Shown here in pieces: positions 12,175-24,304 of a DNA stretch of 64,000 bases. The stretch's first letter is position 1. Each line of letters opens with the position of its first letter. The stretch is from the NCBI RefSeq assembly GCF_036321535.1, contig NC_087437.1, forward strand, positions 12,650,001 to 12,714,000, written 5' to 3'. Source of the DNA: Camelus dromedarius. Its lineage: Eukaryota. The notes under the pieces were generated by a model, which ran no database searches, was not told the DNA's origin, and worked only from the letters and a program-made list of their open reading frames with translations. The position numbers were made by a program, and so were the translations under genes.

Positions 12175-12509
12175 AGACAGAAAACACAGTTCCATTTTTA
12201 ATGTTTAAATTTCATTTCAAAAAGCAGGTCTGTAGTCTGCAATCATGACAATTAAAATCTGTGCTAATGCACAACAGTCTATAACAGTTCTACAAGCCAA
12301 TCAGACAGTACATGACAGTTCAATGAGTAAAAAAGAGCATAAAACTGTATGTGTAAGAACAAAATGTTAAAAGGCCTACCACAATAATAAAAAACCATCA
12401 ATTACATTATCACATTAAAATAAGCCAGATGTACAAAAGTCTGAGACAGAAAAGACAAAAGGACAACACAAGTTATCTGTTGAAAAATGTTTCTGTGCTC
12501 TTTGGGCAC
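12175..12509 (-). other. TOP2B: TOP2B 3' UTR (proximal form; end approximate)
   Basis: Between stop codon and ATTAAA region. Confidence 0.7.
12197..12202 (-). terminator. Proximal TOP2B poly(A) signal ATTAAA
   Basis: TTTAAT on plus; minus strand downstream reads ctgtgttttctgtctcttt (GU/U-rich element). Confidence 0.65.
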
Positions 12510-12677
12510 TTAATTAAACATTGCAAAATCAACATCTTCTTCTTCGTCAGAGTCTGCAAAGTATTTTACTTCTTTCCTAGCCCGCCCGCTCCGTGGCAGA
12601 GAGGGTGGTTCAGAAGTGAAGTCTGATGGGAAGAGGTCCACATCTGAATCCTGATCAAAAGATGTTTTCTTCGGTTT
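12510..12677 (-). CDS. TOP2B: DNA topoisomerase II beta exon 36 (KPKKTSFDQDSDVDLFPSDF...RARKEVKYFADSDEEEDVDFAMFN*)
   Basis: Acceptor at 12678-12679, stop TAA 12510-12512; recognisable TOP2B C-terminus. Confidence 0.96.
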   Translation of the reverse strand, partial: KPKKTSFDQDSDVDLFPSDFTSEPPSLPRSGRARKEVKYFADSDEEEDVDFAMFN

Positions 12678-13668
12678 CTAGACATTTTTTTAAAAAAGAG
12701 AGACTTAAAACCCCGAAGTTTTTTAAAAGGGTTAAAAAAAAAAAAAAGAAGACTAGTATTAAAAAGATGTATTCCTTATACTTATATTTATTTGGGAAAT
12801 ATTGCAAATAATGGTTCTCTTAAAATCAGAATTGTAATGCTAACTTAAGTGTGCGGCCAGTTACCACATCACTTCTATGAAGGGAAAAGTAGGATTAGGT
12901 ATGGTTCGTCACCCTGGTGATCTCGCAGTACTTAGCCACATTACTTCATTCTTTCTGAACTTACATGTTACCCAGCAAACATGCACAATGCACAGATGAT
13001 TAGTAAAAATTCAAGTTGTCTTATTGGTAAGTACCTATCAGGCCATGAGAGGAAAACAGGACTTGTGCACAGAACGCAGTGCACAATGTTTGTTAGTGTT
13101 TATAAAAATGCAGAGAAGAGCCACCAGGATGGACCAGAGTCACAGCAGACAACGGGATGGGAAAGGTCAATGCGGAGAGCACCGCACAGCTCAGCTCATC
13201 CCTGTTTGTTTTTAAGTTTTAATAGGACAGAGAGAGACGAGGGAGTCATTTGATGTTATTAATTTACCTAAAAGAGACTGTACTTCTGGTGAAGGGTCAG
13301 ACTAATTGGGATAATTAGCCACAGTCAAATGAATTCAAGTTAAGAAAAATCAAATTAGTTCTGGTCATATAAATCCACATTAAAAAGAAATAGCCTTCAT
13401 TGGTTCTGAAAATTCGTATTTCAGACAGGGAGCGTGCAGCTCGTGCTCACCGGCGGAAGGGGGACACTCTCAGGCTAGTTTGTGCCACACTGTCACCCGA
13501 GAGACAGTCCCGCTTATCTGCACTTTCCACCTGGGTGATATCTAACCGTATACAAGCCCCCGTGGGTAAGAGCTGCTCTGCTGAGCTCTGCTACAAGACA
13601 TAGTTTACTGAACTCAGCCACTTACACATATTATCTTAGAACTACATTAAAAAGATGGTCCTGATTAC

Positions 13669-13763
13669 CTTGCTGGGTGGTTTGGAAGTTCTCCTGCCAG
13701 GGTTATAATCACCTTCATTTTCAGAGCCAGATGCTTTCCTTTTCTTTGCCCCTCGGCCTTTAC
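13669..13763 (-). CDS. TOP2B: TOP2B exon 35 (GKGRGAKKRKASGSENEGDYNPGRRTSKPPSK)
   Basis: AG/GT flanks, 95 nt, phase 1/0. Confidence 0.95.
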
Positions 13764-15170
13764 CTTAAAATGATACAAAGGGTTTGTTATCTCAAGGTTA
13801 AGTGCAATATAGAAGATAAATACAGAACATTATCCTTCCCTTTTCTGGCGTGCCCAGTTAGTACTGCACTCCTGATCTCTTCCCCTGGTTGATGCAGAAA
13901 CAATTCTGCAGCATTCTGTCAGGTCTGGGGTTGACATGACTAAAGAGTACTTCACAAATACACTTAAACTAGTCAGAAGGTCCTGGTGACAAATTTTAAT
14001 AACCAAGCCCCTAATGTATGAAAGAAAACATTTGCATTTTGCACATACAGTCCTTGGCCTGAAAAGAAAATCTCTTAGAAGAGTATATTTTAAATTATAC
14101 GTGATGAAAAAAATTGGTTTCTAATCTGTCACAGGCCAATACTTACCAACTGCATTTTAACAACCATTTTAAGTAGCACAATCTTAAACCATGAGATAAT
14201 CTGTCAAATCCATATTCCTTCCCAGACTAGATTCATGCAGCCTATTTTTTCATCTAACCTCTCATTCTCATCATTGGATGAGGTGGGGAGGGAAGGTGAC
14301 CAAATGTTCTCGATCCTTTGATGATGCCAGTAAAAGAGAAAATGGAGCTAAACTGCAATTCTACATGTCTTAAAGTTCCTGAAGAGCTATGACTGACTAG
14401 GCTGCACACACAGCAGGACACGAGAGCCTAAGGGGTCTTGGGATGTCACATTTCATCAAATGAATCCATGGCGCTAGTGAATTCATAAAGGTTTCAAACT
14501 GTGGGTCCCTAACTACTGACCTCCCCAGCCACTGTGCCCCTTTTCTGCCCCCTCTTGTCCCTTGTTTCCATGTGGTTCTGTGTCTCCTTACCCTACCCAC
14601 CACTTCAGTAAACACACTGATGGTAGTATCTGTTAGTTGGATGAAAGACTGAGCAGCTACCCTTAGAGAAAATCATGTCTTACATATTTTTTAAGCATCT
14701 TTAAGGACTTTTTAAGATTCTGAAGGTAAAGAGGAGAGAGCAGGGAGAAGCACTGGTGCCAGCGCCCTTGTCGGGCCCTGGATTTCATTTCATTTCCTAG
14801 ATGAGTTTGAAAAGCTCTAGCCTAAGAGTCCTCGCTCCAACCTAGCCCACCGAGGCCATGCTTTAGTGAGGAGCCCTCACCTGCCTTCTTAATAACCACT
14901 TCCACTAGGTCCATGCAGGGGACCTCCGATCTTCGGCACGGGCGTCACTTATCTGACCTCCTTGTAATTTCTCAATTTCCTGATTTGTAAAACAAAGTGA
15001 CTGGACTAAACTGCTGTACTTCCTTTGGACTCTAACTCACCACTGATTCTTAAACACATTGCTTACTGAGCAGTAAAGCAATTTAAAATACCCCTCTAAA
15101 TTCACTGAGCAGAAGACACAGTGTTCTGCACCTGGAACATGCTGGAGAGTTACATGAAGACACCCCTCAC

Positions 15171-15293
15171 CTCTCGGCGCCGCGGTCTTCTTTGGAATGC
15201 CAAACTCGGAGTCCGAATCAGAGTTCACAGTCTCTACCTTCTTCTGCTTGGGAGTTCTCTTGGGCTTAGGGGTTGTATCTAAAGACGGTTTTC
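15171..15293 (-). CDS. TOP2B: TOP2B exon 34 (GKPSLDTTPKPKRTPKQKKVETVNSDSDSEFGIPKKTAAPR)
   Basis: AG/GT flanks, 123 nt, phase 1/1. Confidence 0.93.
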
Positions 15294-16727
15294 CTATTAA
15301 GCAAATTTCCATTTCACAGATCAGCGTAATATACTTACCAACAGCACGAGCTGAAGTGAGCCGTATAATGAGGGGATTTCTTACTGCTGATGTGAAACTG
15401 AGAAGCCTTCAATAATACAATGATTTCTTTCCATTTAGTGCCAGTGTAAAGGGAAACAACAGCTCATAGATGACAAAATGCTTTTTACGTAATAATGCAT
15501 AAATTTGCCTTTTGATAATGCAAGTGAGCTATTTTAAACAAGGGCCATTAACATGAATTAAGCAGTAACTTTCAGAAAGCAGCAGTAAAAATATAGGATA
15601 GCCATGACCCAAAGTAACATGTCTGACATACTAATTATAACCCAAGTACAACTACATGTTAGATTCTAACTTTTAAAAGGTTTTAGAGAAAAAAAAATTT
15701 ATGGAACCCTCAAACACCATGAATAGGAACTGATACACTTCCATTCAAAAGTTGAAATCCAGACTTGGCACTTTTATGTGAAAAGAAATAGGAAAATTCT
15801 AGGCAAGCAGATGATAGACCCAAAGACCTTTATTTTGATGAATTTTGTTTTTAAAGATCTTGCTTCATTTATAGTTTATGAAAATTGATAAAGCAGTCTT
15901 TTCTTGTGTGATTAGTAAAACCTAATTTTAAAAAAAAGAAGTATTGAATTAATCATATTTTTCTATTAAAAAAACCCACACTAATTCTCTGGAAATGTAT
16001 TCCCAGTCCCAGCCTGAGGTGCTAGAGGCAAGCCCCTCATTAGAACAGCAGGAGGGGCCCACGGGCTCATGGCTGTGGTTTGTGGCTCTTCCCTCTGAGC
16101 CCCCCGACTAAATGCACCACAGGAGCCACATGGCAGCTCCAAGCAGTGTGGGCCTGACACAGCAGGGTGTTCAGGGATCACCTTTTTTCTTGGGAAGAGT
16201 TTCCAGGCTTGTAGTATTAGGTGGCACTTGCTGTGCTATTGAGCAAATGTAGGTCAGATATCTGAGTACTATGAGCTGCCTTTTTGCTGTAAACTACTGG
16301 AGAATTTTAGTAAGTTATAAAATTTATATAATTTGGAGTTAACATAAATGATCCCACAGAAGGCCATGATGCATCCTCTCCCTGAAATGGTATTTTGTGG
16401 GAACTGTATTTTTGGAGGAGGCTAGGGGAAGAGCTGAGAGCTTGCTGGGGTCCCTAAAATCATACCACACAGCTGTCACCCGTTCAGCTGACAAAAGGCT
16501 AGTCCAGCTACTGGCAGAAGAACCAAACAGGACAGGCGCTGTGGTGTGCCAGCCTTTTAGCCAGTGCTCACCTCTACTGCATTAGGTTAAACAGAGTCCA
16601 CAGCTTGATGAAGGAAACAGGTTGATATGTTCAAGGAGTGATACGGCTCCTAAGTTTTCAGGATGGTTATAAGATGCTCATATCAAGATGATAAAAAAAA
16701 AGATGCATAAAAGGAAATTATAAGGCC

Positions 16728-17140
16728 TGTCTCAATTTCAGTTCCCTAGACAAAGACCCCACCTGATCCCAACACAAAGACTTGAGTTATGAGTATCTGT
16801 TTGGGGAGTGAAGGAAAGGGAGTCTAAGAGGGAGTCGATGAAGAGAGGGCAGCCAGTCATGGGTAGGTTCTCAAGCCATCACTCTGGAATCTTAACCACT
16901 CGAGGAGTGTCTGAGAGCTGGTATAAAACACCGATCCCAGAGGCAGCTAACCTGAGGGGCGAGAACCCCGAGCTATGTGTAGGCCGGCTTTCCTCAACCC
17001 CTGGTAAAGGTGGCAGGGGTGGGGAAACGGTGATATTCCAGCCCAGCAACAAAGACAAAGTCCTTAGGCAAAGAAACACATACAATGGCCAATGTGCACT
17101 GACGCGGCTAGGGCAAGGGGACGGGTGGGGCACCTAGTGT
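16728..17140. mobile_element. Old ERVL-type LTR fragment (LTR16/LTR33-like)
   Basis: tgtctcaatttcagttccctag...aaagacttgag...tttggggag start resembles this group; weak. Confidence 0.35.
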
Positions 17141-17874
17141 GTTCGCTAGAGAGGCTCCTGCAGCCAGCCAACGTCTCAGCACGGTCCTCGTGTGCTCAGA
17201 GAAGCAGGGACCTTTACTGTTGTCCCGCCACATCTAATATGTGTGTCTGCAACGGCGCTGTCTGCTGTGCCTTTTCAAGACCTTGAAAGGGCATTCCGTA
17301 CTGTTTCTTCACTTGCTGGGTAAGTAGTGATTATCTTTTAAACACAAAGCACTAATACTGACTTCCTTCAAAACCACCAAGGTATGTACCTTAGTTCCAG
17401 TAACAGATTCATGAGTAAACTCAAATCAACTTATTCAAAAGCAATCTAAGGTTATGGAAAGAAAGAAGCTACATGACTCACAAAGATAAAGAGGACCCAC
17501 TGAGCTGACCCATCTCCACAGGAGGAGTTAAGGCACGGCCTACACAGGTGACACAACCAGCCACCGGGACAAGCTTTCAATCTCCTGCACAACCCAGCAA
17601 CTAGCGGAGAGCTTTACTAGGAAGCCACCTTCAGGTGTCAATGCATGGGATTAGTTCATAATCACAACAGCTTTAAAATGAGGTCTTACTGACAATAATT
17701 ACCTCACACGGTTAGAAAACAAGAGGGATTTTCCTTACACACATTTATACTTTATAACTATTTTCTACTGAAGTCCTAGTGCAAATAGGTTCAAACTGCA
17801 TTACGTTTCCTTTAACATCAACTGTCTCTATATGGTTTATGCAGTGCTTAACAAAATCAAGTATGCATACATAC

Positions 17875-17985
17875 CCTTTTTAGCAGCTACTGTTTTACTT
17901 GGAACTTTTTCTGTTTGTTTCAGACCAAACGATGGTGAAAAAACAGAAGCAGAATCTTCTTCATTACTGTCAAATTTAGCTGAAT
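17875..17985 (-). CDS. TOP2B: TOP2B exon 33 (DSAKFDSNEEDSASVFSPSFGLKQTEKVPSKTVAAKK)
   Basis: AG/GT flanks, 111 nt. Confidence 0.94.
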
Positions 17986-19131
17986 CTAAAAATTACAAAG
18001 CTTTTTTTCAGTACAGAGATTCTATAAGGACCACTTAGTAGTTAAACTTTTGATTCTTTTTACTGATGACATCTCTTTAGCTACATAATAGATCACATAA
18101 GTTTCTATTTTGTGATCATATAATCCACAACATACAAACAGCTGAAATTAAAAAATGTTATATTTCAAAAGTGCATAGAATACATAAGAGTAATAAAAAT
18201 TCTTAATAGTCCCAAATGCTAGTCATTTAAAACATAACCAATTCAAAACCACTGATGATTTATTTTAAAATGAGGTATTAAAACGTTCTCACTGATTACT
18301 TCACTGTCTACACATCCAATTTACCATTTGAAGAGTATCAGTAATTATGTTCATCAATGTTACATCATTAAAGATTAGTTTAAAAGGCATGCAGGCTTAC
18401 CTTCAGTTTACTTTTACACTCAATTAATTAATCAATTCGTCCCTCCTTTCTTTCTCCCTCAAACCGAAACAGGGACTCTTAAAATGGCAACTTGGATGTA
18501 AGTGATAGTTTTATACAGCTGTTTTGACATTCATTCAAAAAGTGCAGATATGTACACATGTAAATATCTACACACATAGACCATGTACCACATCTAAGTC
18601 TGTCTACCTGCATGTATGTGTGTATTAAAAAAATGAAAACCAGTGACTCAATTAAATCTAACTAGATGGTTTTAACCTTAAAAATTCCACACACACAAAT
18701 ATAGGCAATAAAAAACTATACATACGGATTAAATCTACTTCTATGAAGATTTTAGTTTTCCAGGTACTAGGGTTCAGTAAAACAAATATGCATATTGTGC
18801 GCTCATAGCTTTAAACAACCTGACATATACCCATTCACATTGCCATGAAAATTAAATTTGTCTTCCAGAATTTCTGTCTATATTTTTTTTCTCTCAAAAC
18901 ACTGCATTCACACCCACCCCCCCCAACACACACATACGGGTTAGCACCTGCCTAGCCACCTAAACGCTTCCGTAATGCTGATTTGACCAATTAGTTAGGA
19001 ATCACCTCAGGAAAACTAAATAAACCTTATTACATTGAAGAAAATGTAAAAAGAAGGTATGTTTTCTACACATAAAAACATCCACAGCAATAATACAATA
19101 AGTAACCATTAAAAAGACTAAATGAGCGTAC

Positions 19132-19211
19132 CATCTTCTGACTTCTGAGAGTATGAAGGAAATGAGAAGAGACTCCCAAAATCCTGACTTTTCTTGTCGT
19201 GGGAAGACTTT
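19132..19211 (-). CDS. TOP2B: TOP2B exon 32 (EKSSHDKKSQDFGSLFSFPSYSQKSED)
   Basis: AG/GT flanks, 80 nt. Confidence 0.93.
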
Positions 19212-19797
19212 CTATTAGAAAGAAAAAAAGTAAACACCACAATATAATTTAAATGTCTGGTTTCACCCTTAATAAGATACATATAACACGTACGGCAGGA
19301 TTATCATTACGGAACAAAATTTTAATTTTCTCATTTGTTTCTCTTCGTTAAAGACAGGGCAACTAAACTCCCTTCTCCCGTTTTCTCTTTCGTAAGCATA
19401 AGTGTGCATACATACACCCAGAGACAACAGACAAACCAATGATTAACACAAAAGCAAAGGTTTAAAGCTATTCAAACTATCACTAAATTTTATGGTTGAT
19501 AAAACCATTCCAGAATTTAACATCAATAAATTACTGGCAAAAATCTAAGGAGAAGGTCAGAATCTCCATCAGATTAGGCAATAATCTGATTTCTGATACT
19601 AGACTGCATGTAGTAAGTTACTTCTTTATAAAAAGGTGGTCAAATACTTCCTTAAAAATTTGAAATAGTTCACAAACTTCACATCCTACATGTTACAGTG
19701 TTCACACTCACTGGAGGCAAGAAAAGTCAGTCAATACCAAAGCTAGGGAAGAAAATTAATCCTCCCAATTCTAAAGATTTAATAACTTTTCTCAGAA

Positions 19798-20012
19798 CCA
19801 GAAGTTGTCAAACTACGTCCCATATGCCTGCTGCCTAATTTTGTAAATAAAACCCTACCGGAACACAGCCACACCTGCTCCCTTACACGTTATTTACGGA
19901 TGCTCTCTTGCTACAGCAGCAGCACTGAGTAGTTGCAACAGAGACCATATGGCCTCAAAGCCTAAAATATTGACTATCAAGCCCTTTAAGGAAAAAATTT
20001 GCCAGTGCAGGC
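19798..20012. mobile_element. MER58A-like hAT MITE
   Basis: ttttgtaaataaa...ggaacacagccacacc...gagtagttgcaacagagaccatatggcc...aagcctaaaatatt...aaaatttgcc. Confidence 0.8.
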
Positions 20013-20189
20013 TCTGAACTATAGCGACAGTTATGTAAACAGCTGCAACGTTAACGAGATTTATTCCGTCACGAGGAGGGCCTTACCCAGAAGAAGAACG
20101 ATTTTTTAGAGCTTACTGTAAGGTTTCTGACAGACGCCTGGACAACCACCTGCACCACAGAACTGAACAGCAGTTGCTTCGTTACTTAC

Positions 20190-20391
20190 TCCGGAGTAGC
20201 TTTCGATTTGCCTGGTGAAAATGTATATTCATCTTTATCAAGGCCATCTGAAGGAACAAATTCATCTTCTCCATCATTTGCTATGGGAGATGCTTTAACT
20301 TTCAATTCCTCTAAATCATTATTGTCATCATCATCATCAGCATCATCGTCCTCTTCTTCTGAGAAATCAAACGTGTACTTAGGCCTTTCAG
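20190..20391 (-). CDS. TOP2B: TOP2B exon 31 (AERPKYTFDFSEEEDDDADDDDDNND...GKSKATP)
   Basis: AG/GT flanks, 202 nt. Confidence 0.95.
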
Positions 20392-21883
20392 CTAGGAGAG
20401 AAAGAAAATGAACGTTAAACTCACACCCAGCTTAATCAACATGATACGCTATTCCAAATAATTTATTTGAAAAATATTCCAGCTGTCTCTAAAAATGTAC
20501 AAGGAAAAAAGGAAGACAAGCATTTAGAGAATAAAAGTCAACAGCTTTGGCCTCAGTTATTCTGACGGTGCTGACATCTATCTTACACGTCCCCGGAGAC
20601 AGCGGGGCAATACTGCACGTGCTAGGAGAGCGTAAGCTGATGACATTACCAGGGTGTTGCCTGGATACTTAAATATCTCTCAAAAACGGTGACAAAAAGT
20701 AGTCCTTATGACCACTGTAAAAGTGGCTGCTAATATAGGGTTTCCCATTTCTCTAAATACAGTAGACAAACTTTACAGGTCTTTAGAAAGTGCTACATTT
20801 TCTCTTAACCTTTTGCATAAAAACTTCTATCTTCTCTTCACAGCAGTTTTATTATGATATAACAGAAAGTCATTTTTCAGATAAATAAGTAAAAATAGAG
20901 ATAAGACTTCAATATTTAGCAAAACAATAATTTAATATAATGCATAAAATATACCAACATGGAGCAAGGCACACTGGTACAATGCAAATAAGTTTTACTA
21001 TAATTTCTGGCATACACTATGAATAAAATTTTAAAGTCACTTGCGTGCTATACAACTGTATACTTCATTTTAGATGTATGGAAAAAGCCTAAACACAATT
21101 TTGAAGCATTTAATTTAATAAATCAATTTTCTTGTAAGTTGTTACTTGTGTTAAAAATTCACCTACATAATTATCTATGAAATTAGGAACAGAAATTCAA
21201 TCACTTAAGGCCTGATTTAAGGCTTGAGATATCATTTTAAAAGTGTCTCCCAGAGATGGAACAATCATAATGTTTTATCATTCATTTTATGTAAATTAGG
21301 ACTTAACAAAATTTGAGAAGAATCTATAAAATAGGACACTCATCAGTTTTTAATTATTTGAAGACTTCAAATTAATGAATATTCAGAAAGCATCAAATCA
21401 CATGCTTAATAGCAATATATATTAACAAAATGAGATTCTGCTGCCTAACTCCAGCACTGTAATTACCTAAATTACGCTGTGTGCATACGGAACCAGACTC
21501 CTAAAATAGGGGGAAATTTTTTATGGTACAAGGGGTAGAAAACAAAACAAAAAGAAAACTATAAAGCACTTCTAGGAGTCCTACTACACCAACGTACATT
21601 TTTTTTTAACTAAATATCTCCAAACTACAGAGGGAGTATAACCCAAACTTTATAATAAAAATCAATAAGAAAACATGATTTATTTTAGAGAAATTTGTTT
21701 TATGTCCAACTTTGCTAGAAAAGATCATTCTGTAAAGCAGGTTTTTATCTTTGTGAACTGTAACTTCTAATGGTTTAGTACTTCAGTAATGTTGATAATA
21801 CTAATAATACCACTTATATGAGTAATAACAGCTTTGCCAAAGAATAATATATGATAAAATAAATAAATAATGTATCACAATAC

Positions 21884-22045
21884 CAGCTGCTCTCCTAAGC
21901 AGAGAATCTCGTGGAATAACCACAGGTTCTGTTTCTTCCAAGTCACTTTCTGACTTGGATTCGTCATCTGACCAGGGATTCCGTTTCTTCACTTTCTTCG
22001 CACTGGGTTTCCCAGAAGATGTGGGTGTTTTTCTCACCCTGGTAC
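21884..22045 (-). CDS. TOP2B: TOP2B exon 30 (GTRVRKTPTSSGKPSAKKVKKRNPWSDDES...LLRRAA)
   Basis: AG/GT flanks, 162 nt. Confidence 0.95.
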
Positions 22046-22270
22046 CTAAAATTAAAAGAACAACAATAAGACATATACCAATGCCTATCCAAATGTCATT
22101 AGTAAAAATAAAACTATTATAATGAAAAGTTCATCATAAAATGACAAATTGCTTGTGACAACTGAAAACATTACTTCAACTACTAGGAAAAAAAGCACAA
22201 TCGAAAGAATCTAGTAACACCCTGTACATATAGAATTTCTCGCAAAAAATACTTTGTAACAGTTCCTCAC

Positions 22271-22415
22271 CAGGCTCCTTTTTCTCCCTTTTGGGTTTGG
22301 GGCCTTTATTTATAGGCGCTGACGGGATCAGCACCTCTTCTCCTGTGCCTTCTACCGGTGTTCCACCGAATTCTTCATCAAATTCCACTTTCACTGTTGT
22401 GGTATCAAGATCGCC
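22271..22415 (-). CDS. TOP2B: TOP2B exon 29 (GDLDTTTVKVEFDEEFGG...KREKKEP)
   Basis: AG/GT flanks, 145 nt. Confidence 0.95.
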
Positions 22416-23199
22416 CTACACATTAAAAAGAAAACCAAACCATGAGTAAAAATAAAAATTAAATTAACACCGTGTATTTTAGAGATACATTTATAGCCAA
22501 CAGATCACTTTTTCAGCTCAGATGAGCAAAAAAAAAATAAAATAAAATGTGATTCTGTTGAGGTCCTAAGAGATGACTTTGATCAGACCATGTTTTACTT
22601 TATCTCATTTATCTGTAGCAAATGACACTGCTCAGCACTCTAATCTTCCGGTACACTCTATGAGATGACAGCTTCTTAAAACCGACTATGAAAAATAAGA
22701 AGGCAGCTTTTGCTTATCAAAGCGACTTTCAGACTCATAGCTAAGGTACACCAAGAGGTACTGAAAAAATATATATCTATAGCTCAGGCCTCTATATACG
22801 AGACAAAAGTCTTCAGATTATTGAAGGAAAATACGCAACCCATGCCATGTACTGCTAGGCATTATCAGACAACGTCCCCTGACCCTGAGACTATTTAAAG
22901 AGAAAGAGAGAAAGACATAAGGGCAAGTCATCACAACACAACAAATACAGAGGGAGGAGGAACAGCAACCCACGAGAAGTGAGCAATCCTGCACAAGGCA
23001 GGGTCAGGGAAGACACCACGGAGAAGGAGCCTTTCTGACTGGGCTTGGAAGAACCATGTACGTTCGCCAGGTGAGGAAAAGGAAGGAGGGAAGAGCACCC
23101 CAAGCAAAAGATAATTACTCACACACACTGCTAGGATTCAAGGAAAGATGAGAGGAAAGAGAAGCCAGATGGGAACACAGGAGAGGAACGTAGGTGCTA

Positions 23200-23900
23200 A
23201 ATCACTGTATATACTAGGAGTCACTGTGTAATGAGCAGGCTTTTTGTTTTTTGTGGAACATCATTCTGGTGGTAAGAGACCAGACTGAGAGGAATGAAGT
23301 GAAGAAAGGTAGAAGTCGTGATCAGATGGCTAGACGTGGGAAAACAGGCTACAAGGATCACCTTAAATTACCTCAGAGAAAACATACTGAATTCCAAGAC
23401 AGTGTCAACGAGGACCAAGATAAGAGGGTAGATTTTGGAGCCATTTCATAGGCAATCAATAGAAAATAGTTGCTGATTAAAGGAGAAAACTCCCAGGTGT
23501 TTGGCCCTATGTTAGTGATGGCTGACAGTTCCAGTAACTGAGACAAGGCACAGAGGTGGAAGGGCAGGTTTCTAAACCAGGATAATGGTCATTTCAGGCA
23601 TGCTGCATTGAGGGGTTTGGGGCATTCTGACAGCTGTATTAGCCTGGCACTCCTAAAAACATCATAGCTTAGGGACACCGACTTAAAGAGTCATCACTGT
23701 AAGTGAAAATTAGCCCTGGGCATAAATGAGGTCACTCAGAGGGACCATGTAAGGTGAGGAGAAATGTGCTGAGAACTGATGCTAACCCCGTCAGAAAATA
23801 AGAATAGCCATTTTCCTACGGAGGAAGCCAGCTCTATGTGTAAGTGAACCTGTGAGCAGTGGGAAGCGAGGTAAGGGGGAAGCAGTGCAGGCATCAGTTT
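23200..23900 (-). mobile_element. Degenerate L2 fragment
   Basis: Purine-rich L2-like text (gactgagagg...gtagattttggag...aactcccaggtgtttggc...gtaactgagac); boundaries approximate. Confidence 0.5.
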
Positions 23901-24109
23901 ATCAGAGCTATAGAAGAGGGACCTGTCTGGTACCGCAAAGCCCCAGCGCTTCAAATGTTAGCTCTGTACAGAGAACTCCCCAGTCTCACCCCAGCTCTGA
24001 GGCTCATTTCCCAAGCTCTAATTTAAGTACACAGTAAAATTAAAATACATACATACATCACTATGGAGGTCGACCCTACCAACGAGCTGAAGCAAAAGAC
24101 ACGTCATAC

Positions 24110-24304
24110 CTTTTTCCTCTTCAGCAACTTTTTACTGGCATCTGCCTTCATAGCAGTAATTTCAGGAACCACTCTTCTCCCATAAGGTGAGGGCATCGTC
24201 TCTTCCAGTTGAAGCTTCTTCACCTTAGGCTTGCCAACTTTACCTTTTATTGCTTTTCCAGCCATTCCAGCTAGAACGTCTTCTCGTTCTTGCGCTTCCA
24301 CTCT
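24110..24304 (-). CDS. TOP2B: TOP2B exon 28 (RVEAQEREDVLAGMAGK...KKLLKRKK)
   Basis: AG/GT flanks, 195 nt. Confidence 0.94.
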
